Source of the DNA: Gnetum montanum
Taxonomy: Eukaryota; Plantae; Gnetophyta
Reading direction: 5' to 3'
Length of the DNA: 64,000 nucleotides
Assembly (NCBI GenBank): GCA_015680685.1
Contig: MNCI01001065.1
Location: 366,602-430,601 of the forward strand
The position numbers were made by a program, and so were the translations under genes. Below are positions 39,016-52,149 of the stretch, piece by piece. The notes under the pieces are model-generated. The model saw nothing but the letters and a program-made list of their open reading frames with translations. It did not search any database and had not been told where the DNA came from. Positions within the stretch are counted from its first letter, which is position 1. Each line of letters begins with the position of its first letter.

Positions 39016-40203
39016 AAGTCATCAACAGATTACTCACAAAGTAAGCAAGCCTGATCATTCTTGCACGACATCCCTACTAGATGGAATAGGTAGAGCATTG
39101 GAACAGATGTAACACCGCTACCCTCTTGGCATTCTACTGATTAGTCGGATATGCCGAAGGGCATACTACTGAACCCTTGGAGATGCTGCTACGATAGCCA
39201 CTTGGTATTTGCAACTCCTAGGGTCAACTTCATTACTTGGGGCCCCAGAGAAACTATGGTCACCCATAGCCTTGGTGGCCTCCACCCATTGCCACCACCA
39301 AACTTTCGCTTAGCAGATTCATTTGACTGGCTCTTTGCCTAGTCAATTGGATAAGATGAATCTGGCTGTCGATGGCGAATTCCTCAACCACGGCATCAAC
39401 AAAGGGATCCTTGCCTCTTGCTATGGTTCCTTCCCTATGGCTTGCACTCTCCTTTTCGCTTTGGATGACACTTGTTTCAACAGCCTTCCCAGTGATTAGG
39501 ATGATTGCTTTGTTCTCTATTCTTTGTTATGCTTTGTAGGTTACTTACTTCGATAGCATTGTTCAAAGATGCATTCACTAGGAGGCAAGGCATCACAGCG
39601 TTCTGAGGTGGCTGCTTATATTAGCTTGACTACTTGGGAGTGCAAACCCTTCCTTTCCCACCACCAGACATCTTATCTTACTTTCTCCTTCCCTTATCCT
39701 TACAACCACCCTTACCCTCTTCTCCTGTTTGTACAGAATGTGGACATACAAGAAGTCTTTTGCACATGGATAACCATGACGTCCATGAACTGGCGTAACA
39801 CAACTCACCTCATGGAAAGCATCTATATTTCACAAAAAAAAATGGACAAAGCTAGGCAAAATGGATGAAACACAACTTGTCTAGGCTATGTGGGCGTAAT
39901 GCAACTCGCCTAGGCAAGCCCACATATACAGTACAGGAGTAGCGTAACCTTTTAGGGAAACACCCGCAAGAAGTTGTCTAATAACATGTTTGCAAAGTAT
40001 TCTGCTCATGCTTGAGTCTTCCCCAAACCTTCCCCCACAACTGTAAACTTCCCTTTCTACTCCTTATGCTCCCAACCTCCACACCTCTAGGTTCGACAGA
40101 GCGACATTTGAGCAACTGCTGACGGACGAGGTTGCTTTCTTTACCTCTATGGTGTTTCGTATTCTTTGTCAACGTCTCTCAGGAAAGCCCTCCAAAAGTC
40201 AAC

Positions 40204-40215
40204 AAAGAGGGGCCA
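40204..40215 (+). promoter_or_regulatory. Polypurine tract of element C
   Basis: AAAGAGGGGCCA before the 3' LTR. Confidence 0.85.
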
Positions 40216-40216
40216 T

Positions 40217-41450
40217 TGAAACACTGTGAAATTTCGAAGCCTCGATGATTTAACAAGGTCTTAAAGCTTAGGCAAGGATTTCCAATAAATGGCACATCTC
40301 AGCAAGTTTTCTTTTTTTGGCTAAGGGCCTGCTACACTACGCTACGCAGCTCAACGTAGTAGACTTCAGAAGAACAGAACAAGGGATGCGCAGTAATAAT
40401 GCTTCAAACTCGCAAGTTAGCCATGATCAAGAATCTTAGCTTTTTCCATACTACGCCACGTTATGCTATGTAGCGTAATGAAGCGTAATGCAAGTAGCGC
40501 ATTTGACTTAGCCCCAGAGACAAAGATAACGAAATTCAGTTGGAAACAGTCATTACACCATGATACACTTCCCAGCGTATCGTAGTGTAATCGCGAGACA
40601 GTTTGTTTAGTGTAAAAGACAAGGCCGAATGAACTGTCTTCTTAAAGGATGGTTACGCTATACTACACTCCAGAGCGTAATGCAGTGTAATGTCGCAAGC
40701 TTCAACTATAACATATCAAGTCAACGACATTTTATAGGTCTAGGACATGCGTCATCTAAACTATATTTTTCTACTAACCCTAATCTTATAAATACTCCAG
40801 CTGACAATGATCAAGGGGTTGGCAATTTTTGGTTGACAACTATTGGCAATTATAGGCAATTTTGGTGAGGACTGGCGAGAGAACAAAAGAGAATCGGCAA
40901 TCGAAAGAACATCGACGGTGACCAACAAGAGCTTTTGATCAGAAAATTTGAGTTAGCAGATACTTTGCTTCGAGTTTGACTCCCTTGTGCCCAGATTGGC
41001 TAAAACAAGGTAGATCGGCCTTTGCTTGTTTCATCTCTGAATAACTTTCTTGTTCTAGGCATGTGCTTCGTCTAAACCGAAGTTTTCCTACAATCATTGT
41101 ATTCGACATATTTTTTTATAAGCTAAATCCCAGATCTTGGGATTACACAATCTTTAAATTCAATTTATTGCATCCTATTTACATAGATTTTACAATCGTT
41201 CTACATCGGTTACATCATCTTGGTCACCTTCGAGATTATCAATATCATATCTTCCCATCGAAGTCGTCATATTGTGATCCGATCATTACAAAGTTTATTG
41301 ATTAGGTAAGTCCCTGTCTAATCAAAAAGACCGTTCAAGGCAACTCAAATTCGTTTTCCCTAGCATGGCCCTCGCACGGATCCGGGGTTGGAACTGTGTA
41401 CACGAAACTTCGCTCGGTATTTCCAACGACCGATGTTTTCCATCGTTACA
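40217..41450 (+). repeat. 3' LTR of element C (1234 bp)
   Basis: TGAAACACTG…ATCGTTACA. Confidence 0.95.
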
Positions 41451-42943
41451 GTAGTAACTTACTATTTAGCTTACCAGGCTTATACAATGACGGGAATGGT
41501 GGAAGATTAACCAAGACATCTTCAACGATGATCGGTTTAAAGGGTTCCCATCCCTCATCCAACCAACCAGACTCCTTGCATCTGTTGTAGAGTCTAGGAT
41601 ACCAGGTTGGGTAGGTTTTGTACTCACCTCCACATTAGCCTATCACACCTGCGCATATGTTCTTAGTAGAAGAAACTCCCGCAGCGCCATCTGTGCTAAG
41701 TTCAATGCATCCGTATCACCATGAAGCCCTTCCTCGTTGATGAAAAACCTGGTAACAAAAACACACTGTTAACATTTGGCTAGCGTAGCAAACATTACAT
41801 AGTGTAGCGAAACATGGCTACAAAACTCACCCGCTAGCACTGTAAATGGTTCCTGGTGGGTTTTGGAAGCATGTTCCCATATGACGTGCAATGAACAAAG
41901 TGTTGTAGAGGTGGTAGCAATTATACTCAGGCATCTCCCAGATCCAGGCCAAATGCCTCAAATTTTTTGGGTAGTGGCTAGACCCTTCTCCTTGCTCGCT
42001 GCTAATTGCCCCATTCGTCAAAAGTCTCAGAATACCCCGGTTTACCCTAAGCAACATGGTTTCTATTATGGTAGTTGCTACCTCCTCCACCAAGTGTGAC
42101 CAAACGATCACACTGAAGCATTGGAGGAGGAATTGCAGGAACTCCTGTGCTCCCTTTCAAAACCAAACTGCCTCTTGCCTTACGCGTGTATGGGATGGAG
42201 GAGCATTGGCCATTGGTCCGTTCACGTAGCACATAACCCCTACAATTTCTAGGATAATTAAAATTGGCCATAGGGCTACTCTGTAGAACACAATAGCAAA
42301 TGTTAGCATCATGTCCGAGCGCAATACACACATAGCGTAGCAAAACTATCATTTTAGCAAATAGCGTGCCACTGATTCCTATTATTCACATAGCATAGCA
42401 AAAACACAAAGGCAATAGCGTAGCAAAGTTAACTTAGCATAGCAACAAAGAGATTAGCCCTAACAAAGTGATTGACATTACGCCGTGATAGAACATATGT
42501 TACACTGTCACATCACACATGGCCAAACCATCCTGAGGGACCTACGCTACGCTATTTGCATGTCAACTGGCTCGAAATTGTCCAAGCCTCTACGGTAATG
42601 ATAGTCGTAGTGATGGCTATCTAGGCAACCATGCATGCAACCTTAACGTAGCATTTGTACATTCACCGCAGCCGAAACAGTAATAACGATGGTGTAAGGG
42701 CCAAAACAATGACAACACAATGACAAAGAAACATAGATAGCTAAACAAAATCGTAGAAGAAAAAGCAAGAAAAACAAGAACAATAACAGAGGCATGAGAA
42801 AATAGAGGAAGCATAGTAGCCTACCGGGTCAACGGGGTCTCCTCTCACACCACGACGTGTGCCTGTCTCACGCATCCTAGGGTTTCCTTCACTTCATCGA
42901 CTTTGGCGAGTTCCAGGTGTTTGCGTTCTTTTCTAGGAGCCAT
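41451..42943 (-). pseudogene. Element D antisense gene, 5' exons including the FCP1/NIF-like exon (about 41831-42280)
   Basis: ATG at 42943 (MAPRKERKHLELAK); ILIILEIVGVMCY…VWF*KGAQEFLQFLLQCFSVIVWSH…NTLFIARH…QNPP; donors GTGAGT near 41830 and GTAAGC near 41473. Confidence 0.8.
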
Positions 42944-43079
42944 CGTCTTGCTTGCTGACTCTTTCCTCGTTGCTATGCCGAAATCACCTTGCTCTCTATC
43001 GCCACAATCGATCTATGCTCTGAATGTGGGCTCTACGCTGTTACGGTGAAAATGATGAGTTTAACGGGGGGTTAATCCC

Positions 43080-43087
43080 TATTTATA
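43080..43087 (-). promoter_or_regulatory. Candidate TATA box (TATAAATA) of the antisense gene of D
   Basis: 137 bp upstream of the ATG; a TTATAA element sits at the equivalent place in C (34732-34738). Confidence 0.55.
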
Positions 43088-43269
43088 GCCGTAATGGTGA
43101 AAAGGAAACTTGCCATTCTCTCTTCTCATTTAATGCGAGGTATGTCATGCAGCATAGCATGCCCACCATGACATGGTAGCACTATTTGCATTAAAATAGG
43201 TAGGCCTGGGTGAGGAGGCTTGACATGCTTTAAACTAGCCATTTGCCTTCACAAAAAATATCTCTCTAG

Positions 43270-43690
43270 GTGGTCCGAAAAGACCTTAAACTAGTAATCC
43301 TAACACATAGTTCCAATCTAGTTAGCGGTCTGCAAAGACCTTAAACTAGCATTTTCGACCCTTATACATGTTGGCAGTCCACAATGACATTAAACTAGCG
43401 GTTTCACATTTTTCCATCAGCAGTTTTGCATTTTTACAATAGCAATTTTTCATCCTTTATCATAGAAATTTTGTATTTTACTTCCAGGCAGTCCGTAATG
43501 ACCTTAAACTAATACTCTAACCTGTTGGCAGTCTGCAAAGACGTTAAACTAGTAGTTTTTGCATTTTTACATTAGCAATTTTACATTTTTACACTAGCAG
43601 TTTTTGCATTTTTACATTAGCAGTTTTACATTTTTACACTAGCAGTTTTGCTTTTCTACTTCCAAGCAGTCCGCCACAACATTAAACTGG
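43270..43690 (+). repeat. Array 2 of element D: GGTCCGNAANGACCTTAAACTAG motifs with variable spacers, plus ~22-bp TAGCAGTTTTGCATTTTTACA repeats
   Basis: At least six motif copies; a single copy at the same position in C (35069-35092). Confidence 0.85.
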
Positions 43691-43829
43691 AAAATCTTAA
43701 GCTTTTTATTATACTTTGTCTCAATTGCTCATGTTTCATTGCTACTTTGCAAATTTTCACTATGCATAGTTACTACGAACATGTAACTCTTAACTAGACT
43801 TTCATCTCATTTTGGCAGGTTGAGCGAGA

Positions 43830-46800
43830 ATGGAAATCCATCATGATCTCTCTTCACCTTTAGCTTTAGCAGGTCCACATGGCAAACTCGTGAGACAATT
43901 GAACCCAGATCTAATAGACTGGGAATCACCTGTAGTTAGCACTGTAGCATCCTTAAAAGCATCCCTAGACTAGCCTGAGCATCTGGTCCAAGCCCTAGAT
44001 TTAGAGGCCGGGGATGTAACTGAGGGCCCTCTCATCAAAACGCTTGTGACCACATCTAGGGGGGAGATAAAAATGTTGAAACTTAGTTCCCTCCTAGATT
44101 TGCAAATGCACAAAGATGTAGCCAAAATTCTACAAGACAACATTGAAGTCTTTGTATGGTCATACAGTGACATGCTAGGTTTAGATCTGAGGTTGATCTA
44201 GCACATCATCATCTTAGACTCGTGCATGAAAGCAGTTAAGCAAAAGGCTCGTAAGGTTAAACTAGAGATTGCACTGGCCGTACGGGATGAAATCACCAAG
44301 TTATACTAGGCTGGATTCATCCGGGCAGTTGATTACTCAGAATGGATGTCTAACATCGTTGTAGTCTATAAGAAAATGGAAGGAATATGAATCTATATAG
44401 ACTTTCGGGATCTGAACATAGAAACGATCAAAGACAATTTCCCACTTCCGAGTATTGATCAATTTATTGACACTACAACTGGTCATGCTCTATTATCCTT
44501 CATGGATGGTTTCTCTGGCTACAACCAAATTCGCATTAACCCAGAACATCAGTTAACAACAACCTTCATGACCCCATGGGGTACCTTTTGTTACACTATG
44601 ATGCCTTTTGGGCTCAAGAACGCCAGAGCAACCTACCAGTGAGCCATGACTTACATCTTTAGTGACTACATCTTAGAAACGCTAAAAGACTACATGGATG
44701 ACATAGCAGTGAAATCTAAGGAAGCCGTTGATCATCCCAACGATCTAGGTATAGTCCTCAAGTGTTTCTAGATGCATGATTTATGCCTCAATCCTAAAAA
44801 GTGTGTCTTCAGGGTGAGAACCGAACACATGTTAGGGTTTGTAGTATCGGAGGTTAGAATACGAGTGGACCCTAACAAAGTCAAGGCCATCATTAACCTG
44901 GCACCACCTACAAATCTTAAGGAATTACAAGGGTTACAAGGTAGAGTATAGTTCATTAGAAGGTTTATAGAAAAATTGACTGACAAGTTACACCCAATGC
45001 AACATCTACTGAAGAAAGGGGTTAACTTCAAATGGACACCACAATGCCAACAAGCCTTTGATGATCTGAAGAAATACCTTTTGCACCTTCCAACTTTTTA
45101 CCCACCATAGAGGGATAGACCTTTCTACATCTACCTTACCACCTCGAACATGTCTATCGTGGCATTGTTGTGTCAGAAACGTGATGATAGTTCTGAAATA
45201 CCAGTGTACTACCTAAGTCATGCATTAATAGTGTATGGAGCGAAATACAACGAGGTAGAGAGAAACTACCTTGCCTTGGTGTTTGCATTAAAAAAGTGGA
45301 GACACTATTTGTTTTGTAGTAAAATCAACATTATTTGCAAGAGCAACATACTTCGGGCTATAACAAGAAATTTGTATGAAAGCAATAGGATAGTTCGGTG
45401 GAAAGAAATAATAGCAGAATTCGATTTGCACTATGTGAGCCAATCATTGACAAAAGGTCAAGCCATAGCAACACAACTTACGACCTCACCCGTCAATGAC
45501 CAGGCGATCATAGACCCCGAATTCTTAGATTAGCATGTTAGCACTATCAATGCCATCCCATCGCATCTTGAAGCTACTTTGCATTTTGACGATGCCTTGA
45601 CTACGCGAGGTGGTAGTGCAGCTACTGTCATTATGTTGTCCTCTATGGAAATGCATCCTTTTGCTTATCGTTTTGCATTCCCTTGTACAAACAATGTGGT
45701 AGAGTACGAGGGGCTACTCAAGGGCCTATTAGCTGCCCAAGAATTAAGCATACAACACCTAACGATTTGCGGAGATTCACAACTAGTTGTGAATCAAATC
45801 ACTGAGGTCTACACCTACAAGGCTACACACCTGCAACCCTACTATGACCTAGCAAAAACTTTGCTCGAACAGTTTGCAACTATGAACGTGCAACACATGC
45901 CACGTAATGAAAACACTGTAGCAGACGCCTTAGCCACCCTAGCATTAAATATTCCATCACACTTGTTCACAATTTTGCCAACTTCGATTACCGAGTGCAC
46001 GGAGCCTATGACTCAAGCAGGACACGTAGCCTCTGTTAGCACTATGGATCCCTAGGAGTGGTACTCCAACATTAAAGCCTACTTGCAACACGGAAAGCCC
46101 CCAAGTGGATTGACATCTATCCAGAGAGATGCGATTCGTAAGCGTGCTCAGCAATATGTGCTCATGGGAGACAACGCCTTGTGCAAATGCTCGTATGATG
46201 GGATATTGTTAGCATGTGTAAATAAGGAGCAAGCATAGAGGGTGATTAATGAAGTACACGAGGGACTATGTGGTGGACACATAGCACTTAGGGTTATGGC
46301 CGTAAAAATTAGACGTCTAGGGTATTACTGGCCTCACATGGAATGTGATTGCCTAGTCGAAGTCAAGATGTGTGATACGTGCCAACGATATGTAAATCTC
46401 ATACACGTTTCACCCACAGAGCTGCACCCGACATAGATCATGTGGCCTTTCCAGCGATGGGGACTAGACCTCATAGGACCTATCACGCCTAAGTCCTCCA
46501 TAGGGCATAGCTTCATCATCACCGAAACTGAGTATTTTACTAAGTGGGTGGAAGCTATCCCCCTGAGGAAGACTACGTCTCAGCAGGTTTGCCACTTTAT
46601 CTTAGACAACATCATGACAAGGTTTGGGCTTCCCATGACTATTATGATCGACAACGAGCCACAGTTTATTAGTGTGGAAACCCGAACCTTTTGTAGCAAT
46701 CCTGGAATCAGACAATCGTTCTCCTCATCATATTACCCACAAGCGAACGAACAAGCAGAGGCTACAAATAAGTCCATCATCAACTTGCTAAAGAAAATGC

Positions 46801-47300
46801 TTAACAACAGCAAGAGGCGATGGCATGAGCAAATCCTCTATGTGCTGTGGGCTTACAGGATGACATGTAGGACTGCGATAGGCGAGACACCTTACAATCT
46901 TATTTATGGATTTGAAGTGGTGTTACCTCTTGAGTTGCAAGTACCATCACTCTATATGATCCTATCAAATGTCATGAGCAAAGCCTAGAACAACGAGTCA
47001 AGGATCATCGACCTTGACTCAATAGAGGAGGAGCATGCACAAACACTAAGTTGCATAGAGCATTACCAGAACAAGCAATGGCAAAAACATCATGCAAATC
47101 TGCATCAACGGCCAATATAGAAGAGAGACCTCATTCTCAAGGCTATCCGTGAGCATATGAACAAAGTCTCAGCCAACTGGGAAGGTCTATATATGGTCAT
47201 AAAAGCCTTTGGGAATGGGGCCTTCAAGCTGGCAAACATGGATGGCAATGAGTTTGCAAATTTGGTGAATCACTCATACCTCAAGTCGTACTACATCTGA
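43830..47300 (+). pseudogene. pol: Element D pol (RT-RH-aRH-INT): ATG 43830 to TGA 47300 in one net frame, with premature stops
   Basis: DFRDLN, LSFMDGFSGYNQI, MPFGLKNA, YMDDI, TNNVVEYEGLL, VHEGLCGGH, WGLDLIGP; ORFs at 45150, 45579 and 46440 are all in frame with 43830. Confidence 0.95.
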
Positions 47301-47321
47301 TGCATGAAGCAGATAAGAAAA

Positions 47322-47646
47322 TGTCCTCTACGACGTAAAACTGGCAAACAAACATCCGCTACGACATAAAAATGGCATAGACAGTCTACTATGACTATAA
47401 ACTGGCATAGACTATCCTCCATGATGTAAAACTAGTAAAGCACGATATGCTAGGACTTTAAACTAGCTCATCCATCGTCCGTTATGACGATAATCTAGCA
47501 CAACGGTCTGCTGGGACCTTAAACCAGTATAGTGACCATCCGCTATGAAATTAAACTGGCACATACGGTCTACTGGGACCTTAAACTAGCACAGCGGTCT
47601 GCTGGGACCTTAAACCAGCACACCATGGTATACCAGGACCTTAAAT
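47322..47646 (+). repeat. Array 3 of element D (hairpin-TAAACT motifs, ~30-35 bp period)
   Basis: atccgctacgacataaaaatggca, ggtctgctgggaccttaaaccag and related copies. Confidence 0.9.
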
Positions 47647-48956
47647 TGCGTTTGCGACACATCCCCAGCATGCATCTACACTAGTACACAACAAGCGAGC
47701 ATGCATAGTGCCGACACTCGGTGGGACATTGCAATTCCAAAATGCAGTTCACAACACCAAACTGGCATCTTGCTGATCCTCTAGAGATGTTGTATGACAT
47801 CTTGCTGACCCTCTGAACCTACTGCCGCCATGGCTCATCGCCCTGGTAGTGGCTTCCCTGGTCAACGCCTGCTGCTGGAGTTCTAACAGTATTGTGGCCT
47901 AGCCACAATATTGTTAACCTCCAACCCCTTTCAACATCTGAGCTTAAGAGACGTTTAGCTGTTGGGTAGCCAATCTCACGGCTGAACTGAGAATGCTTGC
48001 CGTGGGTAGGTATTCCTGAGCATTTGCATTCACAGTAACTCCTAGCCTCCTTGGTACCAAATCCTCCACGTTGATGCTGCTAAGGCTGCTGCTGGCCTTC
48101 CTAGTTTGGATGCTACATGTCTCAGCAACAACATCAGTTGCTCCAGCAACATCCACAACAAGACCTTTGCCTTCGTTTTGCATCATCGTTGTTTCTTCTG
48201 GTTTGTTCTCTGTTGTGTTTACAGGGTGCATACCAGAGGGGCGTTGGTTGGAGGTGCATTTCGCCACGGTAGCAAATGCTATAGTATTACAAGGTGGTTG
48301 TCCTGATTAGCTTGGCTACTTCAGAGTGCACATCTTGTCCTCTCCTTTAAACCCCTTTACCTTACTCCTCACACCCAAAATTCCACTCTCTCCCCTCTTT
48401 TACAAGCTTTTCCTAACGCCTGTCAAGCCCTTCCATTTGCCCAACTGCAAAGTCCATGATGTGCATAACACAGCTCGTCACATGGGAAGCATCTGTAGGC
48501 AGGTTAAAGCCCCATTTGGATGTAGCACAACTTATCCTGGGAAAGAAACACCTACCCTGCAACAAGGTTGTTTGCAAATGTAAAAGGAAAAACAACAAAA
48601 GGCAAAAGCGTAAGAGAGCAAAAGCTCACGCGCAAAAAAAAATGCCTAAAAAAATGGCACACAAGTTGTTTCGCAATCACCTTCTCTAAGCATTTTGATG
48701 AGAGGTCAAAGGTCAACAAAAGCAAAGATGACCAAGCAAACTACTCCCTCACAAGCACTCCGACAAGGGATTTTGCTAAGTTTCATCTTTACCATTTTCT
48801 TGAACTTCCTTCCTCCCCATTTAACCCTTCGCTTTCCCATGCATAACCAATGTAGCACTCTCAAGCATAGCTAAGCGACATCTTGGTGATCACCGAAGAG
48901 CGATGTTGGCATTTTGTCTTTTGTGGTGTTTTGTATTCTTTGTTGGCATCTCTTGG

Positions 48957-50793
48957 GTCCATCCTAAATATTCAAGGCATTCTTGCTTCACCAGGTCCTT
49001 GGAATTTAGGCAGTGTCATGGCAGTTTGGCAGAAGACGGATGCTCTGAGTTTAGACTGACCAGTTCGGCAAATTTTCTACTTCCAGTGTTGATAGGCCTA
49101 ACGGACTCTCTGGCCTGCCCATCTGGGTAGTTCATCCAACTGACAGTCTAATCAAAAGTGATGTGTGGGGTTGTCGGTGGTGCTCAGGCTACGCAAAATA
49201 GTTCGGCAAGTTTTTTAGTCAAGAAGTTTGTTACACTACATAGCGTAGCATGCCTCAGAAGACAGTTGCAGGACAAAGTTCTATGGTATGCTACGCCACG
49301 CAGCGTAGCACAACGTAGCAAAACCAAGACATAAAGGCCTAGCTTACTTAGTGATTTCAATTGCATTGAGCAAGCACTTTCGGCCTTCAAAACCAGTTAC
49401 TTCTCTTAACTTCAAGTCCTTCGACAAAGCTCCTCTTACTAGAAAAGTAGTAGATTAAGCAAAAAGTAGGCTATGTTGGTTGCTATGCTATGCTATGCTA
49501 CACAACATTGCACAGAGTAGAAATGATGCAAGAACGACAAAAGGCATCTCAGAATGCAGGATCAGCAAGTTCACAAGCTTCACATCACAAAAAGAAAAGG
49601 TTGTAGATTGTTAGCATGATTTTCAAACAAACTCTCACAACGTAAATCATAGTTAAGGCTAGCCGCTACGCTATGCTACACTACGTAGCGTAGCATAGTG
49701 TAGCAAACATGTAGAATCAACCAATACACTTTAAAGGCTTTCAGCACTTGCAATTAACTCCACATCAGATTTCTTCCTCAAACTGGTGGCTACGCTATGC
49801 TACGCTACACAACGTAACAAGCAGCTATGATACTCTAACATGCTACGCTACACAGCATAGCAAGCAGCTACGCTACGCTCCACAATGTAACACAATGTAG
49901 TAGGCGGTTGGGTGTAGCATAGCGTAGCAAGCAGCTACACTACGCTAACATGGCTACGCTCCACAGCGTAGCATAACATAGTAGGTGACTATGCTACATC
50001 GATGTGCTTCACTCCTTGTTTGCATTGATGGCACACCTAATCCCAACATCTCCAATTCTGATAACATAATTGTAGCATTGTAGGCTCATCAATCAGCTTT
50101 GCATGTCCATGCAACATGGACACATCAACACCTTGTGGGTCCAAGACTTGTGGCATCCAAACCTTATTTCTCGCATGCTCCTAGTCCTATAAATACCCCG
50201 ATGAGCAACACTCAAAGGGTTGCAAATTTTTTGGCTCTTAACAATTGTTGGCAAATCAATTGAAAGATTTGTTAGCTAGTTGGAAATTCACAGAACATTT
50301 GCGAGTTGACAAAAAAACGAAGAGTGGGCATTCCCATTCGACATTATGTTAGCTCTTTTCCACTGCCTTTGTAACGTTTTTCATTATTAGCCCTTGAATC
50401 CACGTTCAAGCGCAATTGGCTTGCTTTGAACATATTTGGTTACTTTCAGGATTTCTATGCTTCCCAACGTCACGCAAACAATTGTATCTACCTTGAAAAA
50501 GTAAACCCGTAATCTTGAAGCGGTGCATTTCTTAACCCTAGTTTACTTCATTCTCTTGCTTATCATTGTATTTTGCATCGTTTTTGTTTCCTCACATATA
50601 ATAATCATTATTTTATGCTATAAACATTATTTTCAAATCACACGTTTGCAAAAGGTTTAGTGACACCGATTAAGTCCCTGTCTGATCGACTAGACCATTC
50701 AGGGCACCCCATTTCCACTTTATCTAGCATGATCCTTGTGTTTGACCGAAGACCTCTCAGTGTTTCCAGCCACCAACGTATTTGGTCGCTACA
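48957..50793 (+). repeat. 3' LTR of element D, apparently 5'-truncated (PPT and LTR start missing)
   Basis: Ends …GGTCGCTACA with U5 similar to the C LTR; TATAAATA near 50188; homology to the pre-PPT region of C breaks off at about 48956; start coordinate approximate. Confidence 0.7.
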
Positions 50794-52000
50794 TTAATCA
50801 TGGCTACAACTAGGGTAGAACATGCTAAGAATGAGTTTTGCCGATTACAAGAAGAGCTTGTAGCCCTGAGAGTAGAAATGAAAGATCCAACTTGGTTCAT
50901 AACACCAAATCAGATAGCACAATTTAGAACTAAGTAGATCCATTTCCTCCTTAAGAATAATAAAGACATAGTAGATGAGAAAGAAAAGACAATATGGAAT
51001 GCTTTAGTAGCCAAAGCCTAATCATATGCCCTTGCCAAAGCACTTGCTGCATTACGAGAAGAAAATAAACAACTCGTTGTAGACAACATGAGGTTGACCA
51101 CAGTAGACAAGTAGAAAAGAATTCTAGAAGAAAGTATCAATTAGTTGAGAGAGCAACTAATGAAGGTCAATCAAGATATGAGTCATCTCGTGAGAGAAAA
51201 CATAATCCTCTCTATGGAGAAGGTACGCACTATTAAATAGAAATCAACAATTGAAATTGGTGCATGGAAGAATGAGGCAAAGAAGCATGAGAGGCTCAAA
51301 GAACACTTCTAATATTAGATGGGAATGGATAAATAGATAAATAAGAAAGAGATCCAGATGGTAAAGGCCAAAATTAGTTCTATTGCAGCACAAAATCCTG
51401 ATTGACAATCCATCTCGGACAACATGACCCACACTTATCAAGTGGAAGTAAAAAATAAATACCTGCAGATAATGGACTTGAAAGAATACATGGGGTTAGC
51501 AAACCTTCGTTATGCTAATTTGGCCATGTTAACAACAAGTAGGCCTAGAAATGAGCTAGAATAGCAAGTAGCAACACTTATGCCTTGTACGAGAGGGATT
51601 TTGTAGATAGAAAAGATGCTCTACAGAAATTTCAAGTAGCAAACATAGAATTGGAAGCAATTAAGGATGGCTACAAGGGGTAGAAAGATGTAGTAGTGAA
51701 TCTAGTCAGATTATTAACAAACTACCATGAACTAAAGGAAAAGGCCAAAGCTTTTGACGAAGAGAGATGATAGTTTACAACATGATATGTTAAAGCTAGA
51801 TGGATGTTTCCATAACTACCATGTTTGTGGGACATGTTGACTCCATCAAACATTGGTTCATCAACATGGACGGTTCATGATCCTAGAATAGAGAAACAAA
51901 ACATTCAAGCACTCCTAAATCACTACAAATTTTAGAAGCCTGATGATAAAGGGAAGAGATCAATGGAAGAGCCACCTTTGCTTGGAAAAACATAAGGCTA
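50794..52000 (+). pseudogene. Degenerate E/K/L-rich coiled-coil coding remnant, probably an accessory ORF of another, older transposable element
   Basis: Purine-rich codon pattern (…RLQEELVALRVEMKD…ALREENKQLVVDN…) with many stops; family not recognised. Confidence 0.35.
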
Positions 52001-52149
52001 CACTCAACCTTGCTAGATTTTGTTTTTTCTTTTTTTATCAAAATTATCATGTCATGTATTCATTTTTGTAAACTCCACTACGACACTAGAGAGTCATGTA
52101 TATAAAAGTTAGTGTCATGTACATCTACCTACAAATTTTGTAAGGAATT

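Larger units (their letters stand above)
24647..41450 (+). mobile_element. Element C: structurally complete Tat-clade Ty3/gypsy retrotransposon (16,804 bp), coding regions decayed; inserted in an intron of the antisense gene of D
   Basis: Two 1234-bp LTRs, PBS, PPT, gag-PR, RT-RH-aRH-INT; flanking 5-mers TCAGT/GTAGT give only an imperfect TSD. Confidence 0.93.
4668..50793 (+). mobile_element. Element D: old Tat-clade host retrotransposon split by insertions (own sequence 4668-10207, 23276-24646, 41451-50793); 5' LTR lies outside the window
   Basis: The pieces are collinear with intact element C (gag-PR, array, antisense gene, array, pol, array, LTR); the antisense reading frame is continuous across the B insertion site (…EAPVSEERAPIKREGAP…). 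Confidence 0.85.
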
